From the NCBI RefSeq assembly GCF_009914755.1, contig NC_060927.1: a stretch of DNA of 64,000 nt. One strand, 5' to 3'. Below the pieces are notes generated by a model, which made no database searches, was not told where the DNA came from, and saw only the letters and a list, made by a program, of their open reading frames with translations. Position numbers and translations under genes: made by a program. Origin of the DNA: the human T2T-CHM13v2.0 reference genome, Homo sapiens. Every line of letters starts with the position of its first letter. Positions within the stretch are counted from its first letter, which is position 1. This document shows positions 13,332-24,641 of this stretch, in pieces.

Positions 13332-13345
13332 ACTCCCTCTAGTGG
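13332..13345 (-). promoter_or_regulatory. Candidate CTCF site (CCACTAGAGGGAGT)
   Basis: 12/14 match to CCASYAGRKGGCRS. Motif only, no occupancy evidence. Confidence 0.4.
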
Positions 13346-13618
13346 TGGATTACTCAGGTAGCACTTGAAATTTAGTCAACTATGGCTTTACAACTTAATG
13401 ATATTTTAAAGTTTAAAAAGAAAATTAAAAACACCTCCTACACACGGATGCAGCAAAGCCCAGTGTAGATTTTTTTTTTTGTATTTTTATTCTTTTGTAC
13501 TCAAAAGCCTCAAAAGACCTTTATAATCCACACATTTTTCTAAAGTACAAGGTAATCAATCAGTGGGATTGTTCTTTAATGTGTGGGAATATTCTCCTCC
13601 TTATTCTCCTCCTAGACC

Positions 13619-13656
13619 AAACGCTGACTACTAGGCTAAACGCTGACTACTAGGCT
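13619..13656. repeat. Perfect 19-bp tandem duplication (aaacgctgactactaggct x2)
   Basis: Read directly from the sequence. Confidence 0.95.
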
Positions 13657-14042
13657 GGAATATTCACTGAGAACATCAACATGCCAAAGAGAAGCCAATC
13701 ATCGAACTAACCTGGTGGTAGCAGGCTACTGGGAGTTAATGAAAATGGAAGTGGGAGGCAACACAAGCAGTGCCCTTGGGTGGGAAGGGATGGAGCAGTA
13801 TAAAGACAGTGGAAAGGCCTCGTTGAGTGAAAAAAGGAGAAAAAAAAATAGATTCTGCTCACCTCCTAACTTACAAGATATATCTCCTAATATTTATGCC
13901 CACATACACAGATGCAGATAATGTGTTGATTTAGGGCCTAGACTCTTGAAATAGACTACCTGAATTTAAATCTCAAGCTCAGCCTTACTTAGTTGCACTA
14001 GTCACTTAACTTTTCTATGCAATGGAGAAGCACAAGTACATA

Positions 14043-14345
14043 GTACGGTTGTTGTGATGCATGCCTGTAGTCCTAGCTACTCAGGAGGCTGAAGCGGGAA
14101 GATTGCTTTAACTCAGGAGTTCTGGGCTGTAGTGTGCTATGCTGATTGGGTGTCTGCACTAAGTTTAATATGGTGGCCTCCCAGGAGTCAGAGACCAACA
14201 GGTTGCCTAAGGAGGGTCGAACTGGCTCAGGTCAGAAATGGAGCAGATCAAAACTCCTATGCTCATCAGCAGTGGAATCATGCCTATGAATAGCCACTGC
14301 ACTCCAGCCTGGGTAACATAGCAAGACCTGTTTCTGACACAAAAA
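14043..14345 (+). pseudogene. 7SL (SRP RNA) processed pseudogene, essentially full length
   Basis: Alu-domain ends plus the 7SL-specific S domain (gttctgggctgtagtg.gctatgc; ggttgcctaaggaggg; ggagcag.tcaaaactcc; gaatagccactgcactccagcctggg). Many CpG-decay substitutions, a small deletion and a short A-rich tail. Confidence 0.95.
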
Positions 14346-15382
14346 TATAATTTTTAAAAATCAGATCATGTATCTGAAACATTTAGCATAGTACATACTG
14401 CAGAGTACATTGCACTCACTTAATAAGAAGTGACAACCTTTAAATTATCACCCATCACCCTTTCTTCCTCCATGTCCGTTATTTTAAATCTAACTCAACA
14501 AGAGCATGAAACAAGATAAACCTATCTATCACCTTTGTGGGTGAATTTTAGTTATCAGTCTGGAAACACAGTCTGTTATGTTACTTATGCAGATGGTGGA
14601 ACTTGTCTTGGTATCACTCGAAGTCCAAGTTTTCATCTATGTCATGCATATCCCCGTCTGAGAAAGACTAGGGAGCTGAATCCTTGGCCATACATTGTGC
14701 CATTGGATTAATGTATTCAAAACTTTAATATAAGGTAATGCTTAGCCCAAGGATGAAGAAAAAGATATACAAGGCATTACTTGGTTATACTGACTGAGGT
14801 AGTGTGGATCTTTGACAAACACGGTGCTAGAATGTGTGGAGAACTAGATGAATGAGAAAGGAATGCTTCCACCAGCTCAGGAAAAATTTACTATGAATAC
14901 AATGTATTCTTACACCCTCATTCCATGATTTTGACCCCTCTGGAGATCAGTATTTGAATAGAGAGTGGGGAAGTGTATGTATGCATGTGACTGCAAGTTT
15001 ACACTGTGTGAAAAGTCAGCTCATCACTGTGGTGGATACGGCTGAAAATGCGCTGACACACCAATGAAGATGAATAATCGCCAACTCTTCAGGGGCTCTG
15101 GCTCTGGGTCTCTACCTGCTGCTGCCGCTGGCTGGCAGAGGCTCACGAGCTGCCTGTTCTTCTCTGGATTGGCTTGGTCAGCAGAGCACCCCGCTGCCCA
15201 CACAGTGCTTCCGTCAGGGCCGTGGCCACAGACACCTGCCCCCAAGCATTTCTCCCCTCCTGACTCTGTTCTGTGGAAAATTACCTCTGCTGACACTTGC
15301 ACAGTGTCTTCCTTTTCCAATTAATCCCATTTATTTGAATGTAAGTAATAGACAATTGACCCACACGTGTACTGTTATCTTT

Positions 15383-15550
15383 TCCCTCCTTCCCTCCCTC
15401 CCTCCCTTCCTTCTTTCCTTCCTTCCTTCCTTCCTTCCTTCTTTCCTTCCTTCCTTCCTTCCTTCCTTCCTTCCTTCCTTCCTTCCTTCCTTCCTTCCTT
15501 CCTTTTTTCCTTGCTTTTATCTCCCTCCCTCTCTTTTCCTTTCTTTTCTT
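15383..15550. repeat. (CCTT)n/(GGAA)n microsatellite in a polypyrimidine tract
   Basis: 15 uninterrupted CCTT units at 15445-15504 plus degenerate flanks. Confidence 0.98.
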
Positions 15551-18028
15551 TTAGAACTCTGTGAAATATAAAGTTCTAGCTATGCAGGTTGTAACAATAG
15601 ACCTCCCAAAACTAACTGGTGGTGGGTGGGTGGATGGGTGGAGGGAGTGTCATTCCTGCTACAACAGAAGGAGAGCTTCTCCCCCAAAATGTTTGTTCTT
15701 AGGCCTTGGATCTAAGAAATAGTGCAATAGATTCACCAATATTCTGCAATTTGAATAGTTCCTTTTTGCCTCAAAGCTTAATGATCTTTCATATTCTATT
15801 TTTTCAGTAAGTGTTATACCTCCTAACTTTCCCATAAAAGTGGGACATCTATTCTAAACCAAATGCTGATGCATGTGGTGCCTCTGCATGCTGCCAAAGA
15901 CACAACTATGGTAGTGTCTATGTGGGACCACCAGGAAGTACATCATTAATCACTGCACCACACAATCCTCAAATGTATAATGGAGGGTGACTTCTACTAA
16001 ATCATAAAGGGCAGTGTGATAGGATACACTTGTCTGATCATTCCCTGATTCTCAGTATACAAACAGAAGCTCTGTAAGATTCTTGACATTTCTCAATTTT
16101 TCTGGGTTAAGTCCTTTAAATGGACTTCTGTTATAGGGCATTGGTATTGTAGGGCGTGATGTTACCTTCCATGACCACGAGCAGTATCTCATTGCCTTTG
16201 ACCAACTCTATGCTCACTTTCCCTTCTCCCTCAAGTATTCCATCCTTCTAACCTCTTTCTTTTTCCTCTCTCTCAGGCTATAGATGATATTTTATTTATT
16301 ATTTGAAATATATCATTAGCATAGTTCTTAGTCTAGGTTAAATAGAAAGAAAATATACTTTAATGCAAATATGTAATTGCTTGCTTTCTGTAACTCATCC
16401 AATTGTTCTATCTTCTCTTTACTAATCTCTATACAACCTTCTTTTTAAGTTTTTAAGTGAATGTTGTTCTGCTTAACCAGGTCAACTCAGATTTGGTAAA
16501 TCTTAAATTCCCAGTTGAGGCTGGTTCCCCCTGCACCCCCCCTCTCCCGCTGCCATTTATGGAATCCTTAATGTTAGGAATGAATCAAGTAACTACAGTT
16601 CTTAAGAAGTATATTCTCAAGCGTCTTAGGGATATTGATGTCTCTAGTTGAGGCAAAGAATACTTATGTTTGGTCTTTGGAGACAAGTAAACATGTTGTG
16701 AATTTTAAACTTCATATGGAGGCAGCATTTGTATAACTGTATCTCATCAAACTGTCACAGACTGAAGTCAATGAGAGTTACAAATGAGAAACTAAAGGCC
16801 GAAGTTAGAGTCATTTGTGGTTGTTTTTATAAACGGAGTTGGATCTTAAAGAGTTTTAAAATGGCTTTAACACTACATTTCAAGAGAACTCTCACTTAAA
16901 TTGATTTTTTTTCTAAAAATATTTTTTTCTTGAAGGCTCATCTAAATGGAATATAGCAAGATAGAAACATTTCTTCTGGTCATAGTATTTCCAGTTTTTC
17001 CAATAGAATCTGTGCAGAAAAAAAAAACTTAGTGGTTTGTTATTCCAAAATAATAACAGTACTTTTTTTAGACTTTTCCCTTTAGTCCAAATGAACTTTC
17101 TGATTCAGCATGGGCTAACTTTTCGGTTTGTTTTGCTTATTCTGACAAATGTGTCTCTATTCCAGATGTTATCATTTTCCTGTGACTCCATTTAGCATCC
17201 TTCTGTTTCTCAGAGGGCATCGGCATCTGCTTCTGTGCTCATAGTCACCTGCCCAACAAGGCAGGGTGTTAGAGACTTGACTCTAACTTGCTGCTAAAGA
17301 GCAGGACTCCAAGATGGGGTCTCCTATTAACATCAGTGTCTTTAGAATGACCATTCTCCCCTTGTTCTACTTTCAGGATCTTCTCTGGTCTTCAGAAATG
17401 TTCCTCTTTCCTACCATTCCATCTCTGTTCCAAAAATATATCAGAAAAGTAATGTCTCTTACTGTCATACAGAAAGCTTTCTGCAACCATTTTTCCTCCT
17501 TTAGATTTTACATTATGTTTTTATCATTTATTCCACCCTTCCTCTTGTGTTGTTAAAAATATACTTTCTTTTTCCAGCCTCTCCCTTCTCTCAGCACCTT
17601 ATCTATTCTCACTGAATATTTCTTCCTCAATCACTCTTATCACTGCCTTCAAAACAAAAAACAAAAAACACTGTTATCCATTTCCAGGCTTTTACATCAC
17701 CTCTGCTTCTTAAAGGACCACTGCCAAAGAGACTTGTGTTCTCTGCATATTATTTCATTTAACTAACCAGGAAAAAACAAAAAACAAAAACGAAGAAAAA
17801 CAAACAACAAGGCAGTTATCAGAAGTAAGAAAGACTATAGAGAGAAGTTGTTCCATTTATAAATCTCTGCTATGCACAGGAGTTGAGAACCCTGTATTTT
17901 TGTTTCAGTGCATATATCCTTATTTGTTTTTAAGTGAACTTTTAATAGCTAAGGGAATGGTTTTCACGTTTTTCATGTGAAAAGTCAATTTAATTCCATC
18001 AAGTTGGGCCCTGCTTTGGCATACTTAC

Positions 18029-18177
18029 TGAAAAGGACTAGGCTGGCATTGGTGACCCCCAGCTTGTTGGCAGCCACACAGGTGTAGTTGCCGTAGTGCT
18101 CCTCAGTGACGTTGGTCACCGTCAGGGAAGACTGGCCCTCCGTGCTCTTAATCTCAAGGCCATTGGCACTATTTATC
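18029..18177 (-). CDS. LSAMP: LSAMP coding exon (149 nt, phase 2-1), second half of Ig domain 3: (R)[49 protein letters not shown]
   Basis: Translated by hand (not in the ORF track). Acceptor gaactcttag|GATAAAT, donor TTCA|gtaagt. AG|G (Arg) joins the previous exon; GNYTC Ig motif and N-glycosylation sequons NVT/NYT/NAS present. Confidence 0.98.
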
Positions 18178-18641
18178 CTAAGAGTTCAAAAACAGAAGAA
18201 TAGAAAGGATCACTGGTGAAGATTTTAGCTTAGGAATTCTTTCCCCATCCTGACACTGGAGGAAAAGGAGAGAAAGGAAGTAGCTAGAGTTTGTTGTTCC
18301 ATGCCCAATTCCTATTTTAACTGTGCAATGCCATATTATCAGAATCAATGTCCATCAACAGAGAAAACTAGGGAATGGGTTTGAGTTTCTGTTATAGGCA
18401 AGAAAGACATGCAGGTGAAAGCTACCCATTGAACCATTTTTATATTTTACCTGACTGCTTTTGGGCTTCAGCTTAAGAGCTACAGGCCCCAAAGAATTTG
18501 ATAAGAGATACTAAAAAGGAAGAGTGTGAGAATATAGTTCTACATAATTACAACTGGCTTGGCTTTGGCTTTGTTGTGGGGATTCTGGTGTCCCCAGGCC
18601 CATGCAGTGGAGTCATGGGGGATGGTAGGTTTGGCACATAC

Positions 18642-18762
18642 CTAGTGTCATCCCGGTACCACTCAAAGTCAGGTGCAGGCACTGCCGAGGCCTCACATTT
18701 GAGTGAAGCTTGTCGTCCTGTGGTGGCTTCATTGCTCTTGGATTCTGTGATAGTGGGAGGAT
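18642..18762 (-). CDS. LSAMP: LSAMP coding exon (121 nt, phase 1-2), first half of Ig domain 3: (Y)[39 protein letters not shown](R)
   Basis: Within ORF 18548..18781. Acceptor tcctacag|ATCCT, donor ACTAG|gtatgt. Split codon T|AT (Tyr) joins correctly to the 28675 exon end. Confidence 0.98.
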
Positions 18763-20179
18763 CTGTAGGAAGGACAGGCACACAAGTTTACATGAGGGTC
18801 GGGGTGCTTAGAATTTCTATTCAGGAAGGAATGAAGAAGGACAATCTGATTAGAGAGAGGCAGGAAGGGAGCCATCTTAAAGCTCCATTTGTATGAATTA
18901 TGTGATCAGCTCAATGGGGTTGATCACCAAAAAAGTAAATAAAAATAAGAGATAATTAATGAAAACATAGACTTGGTTTACTTAAATGAGACACTTAGCA
19001 GGGTTTTATGGAAATGGAATCTAGAATTTCTTTATCCCTCCTCCAGTAGGTCATGGTATTACAATTACAGATTATAAATATTTGTATAGTTTTTTCTTTT
19101 TATAAATGAAGCAATGATACCAAAGGATTTAGGAATCTCAACATATAATTTGACCGTTTTTCTTTTTCTTCTTGTCATTATAGTTTGAGATGGCCTTGAG
19201 GAGTCTGATGAAAATAATAGCCAGCTAAAGCCTTTCCAACCCAAGTTTGGTCTGATATTGTTGCAGGATTCAGAAACAAACAAACAAACAAAACTAGGAT
19301 TAGGTGACTACCTTCTTTTATTTTATGTGTTCCCTTATAACCACAACCCAGGTAAATTTAGCTTTTATGTGTGGGGGTACGGTTTAAAGTCTATCCTGGT
19401 GCATAGAAGACTTACTGGTATATCAGCCTTCTATTCTCTCTGGCAGTTGGGCCCTTGATTTTTATGCCCAGGAATGGGCCTACAAAACTATCACAGGCTT
19501 GAAATCAGCTGGGAAACACATTTGACGCTCTAATTTTCCATGACTCATTCAAACATTCATATGAGGATGGAAAGAGTGTTTGCATGTCCACTTGACTTTG
19601 TTAGGATTATAGACTCAAGCTCCTGAACTGGATGATGCTGTGTTTGTGCAGGTTATGGGCCTTCAAGGAGAGAAGGCCTTTCCTGTCCAAAGGTTGTTTG
19701 CCAGAAAATGGCAACTTGGCTATGTACACATGGGGAAAACAGACCCAGACACTCTGTTTAGACTCTGTAGAGGAAAAAGCTCATTTAGGAAAATTAGTAA
19801 AGTGAACGTTAGTGGGTAAATTCATTTAAACCCTGCCCTTCAGCACCTGGTCTATATTCCTTGTTTCTGATTTTTTTTTTTTGTATTAAAAAACTATTGC
19901 CTAAGTTTTCTACCTATAGAAGACTGCAATTCTCTGAGTTTAAAAGAATGTACGAGAAAGCATCTGATTTGTCTGCAATTTCCTTCCTGATTTTATCTTC
20001 CCATAAGCTTAGACATTTTTAAATCACTGTCAGAGTTACAGCACATTTGAATAAACACTTGTATGTAAACAGGCGTGCTAAATGGAGTTTTGTTGTTGTA
20101 CTGCTGTTGGTATTGTTGTTTTGCTTTAGACTTACTGCCTTATTTCCGTATAAGCACTAAATGGGAAGATGCTGTCATA

Positions 20180-20345
20180 AAACGAACCCTGGATTGGAAA
20201 CTAGGAGTCCTGGGACTTAGTTTGAGTTTGGCTGTTTGGACTTCTCATCATACGTTTTCTTTCTGGGCCTTGGTTTTATTACCTATAAAATGAGGGAATC
20301 CTATTTTAATGATTTATAGCATCCTTTCCAACTGTAAACTATCCC
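20180..20345 (+). mobile_element. MIR fragment
   Basis: MIR core-like text (ctggattggaaactaggagtcctggg...gggccttggttttattacctataaaatgaggga). Approximate boundaries. Confidence 0.7.
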
Positions 20346-20844
20346 AATTCTAGTTAAAACTGCTCATTCTTTTCAAATGAGTGGTTGGCATAATTATGAT
20401 CCAAGTGTATTTTCAAACCCTTAACTAATTTAACTCTTAAATTGCTAACTTTCCAAATTATAACTCATTTATCTATTCCATGGCTTAAGAACCAGGATTA
20501 GCAGTCAAGAAGAGGAAATTTGAGGTCTGATTTTGACTCTACTTCTAACCAGAGCTGTGGTCTGGGAAAACATCTGTACCAGTTTGAGCCTTTTTCTTTT
20601 TTATCTTTTTAAAAAAGAAGCTAGCTTCTAAAATTGGTTATATAGATCATTAGAGCACATCAGTTCAAAGGATAATGCAATAGTTGGTAATAGTGGTGCT
20701 GTGGGGGAGATATTAATAAAGGGATGGGACACAGAATAGAGGTTCTGGGCTTGGATTTAAAATTTGGCAGACATGAGCTCAAATCCAGGCTCTGTTCCTC
20801 ATTGTCCTTCCTCGTTTGAGAGTTTAATACTTTGCCAATAGTCA

Positions 20845-21225
<381 letters not shown>

Positions 21226-22719
21226 TCAGAACTGATGAGACTAGAAATGGATTTCATAAGGGTGAGGAAAAGAAGGAGTGTTGAAAAGGTAACACTGTGA
21301 TTTCTGGCTTGGGCATCTGGGTAATGCCATCCACTGAGATAAGATTCATAAGTAAAGAAGTAAGACGACCAGCAGTAGAATACTCAATAAATATTAGTTT
21401 CCAGTCCTCATTTCTTCTCACTGTATTGTGTTCTTAAGCTGCCAGTGACTCCATAATCTGTAGCACATTGGCCCATTGATGTTGGCTGAAGATAATTTTG
21501 CTTATGAATTTTGTTTGTTCAGTTTCCCAATTTGTAAAATAAATTTTAACTACTGTTTGTGAGTTTCTGGCGCCACATGGTTATAACTGCCAAATAGTGA
21601 CTATTTACCCTTGGTCCCCTACCACTTTGGGACCCGGGGAAGGAAATAAATGATTTTTCTGATTGAAAAATTTGGGAAGAAGAAACTGGGCCTGTTTGGC
21701 TCATATCTTTCCTTTCTTCCTTTTGGGACCAAGCTTCTGGCCGGTAGCAGAGGTTCTCCTCTGTTTCTCCATGTCAGAAGGCTTATTTGGGCTCTCTCCT
21801 TTCTGCTTTCATGTGGGCAGGCCCGTCCCACCCCAGGGTTGCCATGCATGACTGGGGAGGTAAGTCGGCCACACTAAGCTACTATCTCTAGCCACCTTGA
21901 TCTCTAAAAATGGGAACATTTAGGTCTCCCTGACCACTCTTTTCCTTACTTCTCAATTTGTTTGGAACCTGAATTACTAAGCAGCAAGCTATTTATTAGC
22001 CCCTCAGAGACCCCAGCATGGGGAAGCTGGCAGCAAACTAGGATTGAGCACTTACAAGTGCATTAATCTAGTCAGTTACAAAGACCAACTACTTGCTTCT
22101 CTCTTTGAAAACTTAGGAATTTTCTTGTACCAGGGTAAATATATGAATACTGATAAATATACAAAGAGCTCATTGTTTCTAATATTTTTCAAATGACACC
22201 ATGGTGCAAGTTTATTTTTTCATGGCTTATTGAAATGAACATTTCAAAATTCATTTGTAATGAATTCTGCATAGGTGAGGCTAAGAAAGACTATTACAAA
22301 TCATACTGCAGCATGCTTTGTGTAGTTAAAATAATAGATGTCCTTATTCAAAATATGGTTATAATAAAAATGTGGCATCATAAAAATGCTGCACAGAGAG
22401 GTCCATTGTTATTCTTTATGTGACTTTGGAATAGCTTACAATTGTCAAAGGACTCTTCCAGTTTATATTAATTCAAAATTCCGTGTTCTGAAAATATTAA
22501 TAGGGCCTTTCTTCTTCTGACATCACCAATAACAAGACTCTTTCAATCAGAATAAATAGGGTAACAAAACAGAGGACTAGGAAATAAAATATCATTCATT
22601 TAATCTTACTAATATTGGGAATATTAGTATAAAAGAATAATATTCTGAGTAGAAAATTTAATGTATAGTCATTTACTGCATGTCGGCACTCTAATAGGTT
22701 TTAGATACCCTCTTTATCC

Positions 22720-22885
22720 AAATAATTAGCCCTAGGAAGTAAATATGATTAACCCCATTTTATGAAAGAGAAGACAAGTTTATAGAGGGTTAGTAAGTTG
22801 TCCAAATTCACATGGTCAGTACTTGACGGACCATGGATTTAACCCCAGGTTTATCATGCTCTGAAACTCATGCTCTGAACCTCTC
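22720..22885 (-). mobile_element. MIR fragment
   Basis: ccccattttatgaaagagaagac...ggttagtaagttgtccaaattcacatgg...ggatttaaccccagg matches the antisense MIR core. Confidence 0.75.
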
Positions 22886-23677
22886 TGCTCTGGTATGTCT
22901 ATTTGAATGAATTCTTTTGGAGAACAATGAATTGCTAATAGGAAAAAATACCATTCAGGGGAGGGAGCATGCTGGTAGATGGAAAGGTAAATGTTGCATA
23001 TTTCTATTATTTACAGGGTACAAACAATGGCACAACATGCGGCGACACAGTGGATATAAACCTGTATTAGGAATCAGGAAATGCAGACTCAATCTCTGCT
23101 ATTGCCACTTGGATTGTTACCATGGGACACAATGCTCCCTTGCAGCCCCTCACCTAGGAATATAGACAATGATGCCTGCCTGTCTATCTCACAGGTTTGA
23201 AGTAAAGATCAAATGAAATCAGTAATATGAGAGCACTTTTAACGCCTAAAGTGATTGCACATATTATTTTATAGTATTATTATTCACTTGGTATCATGGA
23301 TAAAGAAAGGACTTTGGAGTTAGACCTGGGTTTGAGTTCCAAGTCTACCACTCACCAAAGCTGTTTGATTTTGTGTCACAGCATGCTTACACTCACTGAG
23401 CTTTATTTTTGTCCTCTCTACGTGGGGATGATATAGTTGGTCTCCCATGGGTAGTGTGCAGTGGTATAAAAAGCAGCAGAGGCAGAGGATGTAGGCCATA
23501 AGAAACACATTGTCTGTATAGAATTTAGAAATGATAATAAAACTGATTTAGAATTGCTTTTTTGTAAGTTACCATGTGCCAGCAATATTAAACAATGTAT
23601 ATTAAATAATGCCAGTGATAAAGTAAATACTTCTCACTGGGGCAGACCAGGCCCAATACACCTTCCAATTTGGTTGG

Positions 23678-24054
23678 TGATATGGTTTGGCTGTGTTCCC
23701 ACCCAAAATCTCATCTCAAATTGTGATCTCCATAATCCCCACGTGTCAAAGAAAAGACCAGGTGGAGGTAATTGAATCATGGGGGCAGTTCCCCCGTGCT
23801 GTTCTCGTGATAGTGAATGAGTTCTCATGAGATCTGATGGTTTTATAAGAGTTTGGTAGTTCCTCCTGCACTCATTCCCTTTCCTGCCGCCTTGTGAAGA
23901 ATGTGCCTTGTTTCCCCTTTGCTTTCTACCATGATTGTAAGTTTCCTGAGGCCTCCCCAGCCATGTGGAACTGTGAGTCAATTAAACCTCTTTCCTTTCT
24001 AAATTACCCAGTCTTGGGCAGTTCTTTACAGCAGTGTGAAAATGGATTAATATA
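23678..24054 (+). mobile_element. THE1 (THE1D-like) MaLR solo LTR
   Basis: Starts TGATATGGTTTGGCTGTG, has the caattaaacctctttcc polyA region and ends ggattaatata. 5-bp TSD gttgg at 23673-23677 and 24055-24059. Confidence 0.93.
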
Positions 24055-24359
24055 GTTGGCCACTGTTGGTGTGATGATTACAGTGAATTGATATGAAATC
24101 TCTAGGAGAGTCTTGGTACTCTGAAGGTACTTAGAAAATTATGGTTCTTGTCCATATTGCAAAATTATAATGAAACATTGTAGTACTCTGGGTTGTTACT
24201 GAATATTTCCTCTGAAGACCTCATAATAGATTCATAAATATTAGGATATGTCTTTACCATTACCTACCCACAGGCAAGAATAAACTAAAGATGAGCATGG
24301 AGACTGAATAGGTGTAACTATGAAAAGCTAGAGAAGCTGGCCAGTCTGGTTCCATATTA

Positions 24360-24641
<282 letters not shown>

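Noticed and set aside
23634-23981. 115-aa ORF on the minus strand
   Set aside because: Lies almost wholly inside the THE1 LTR; repeat-derived.
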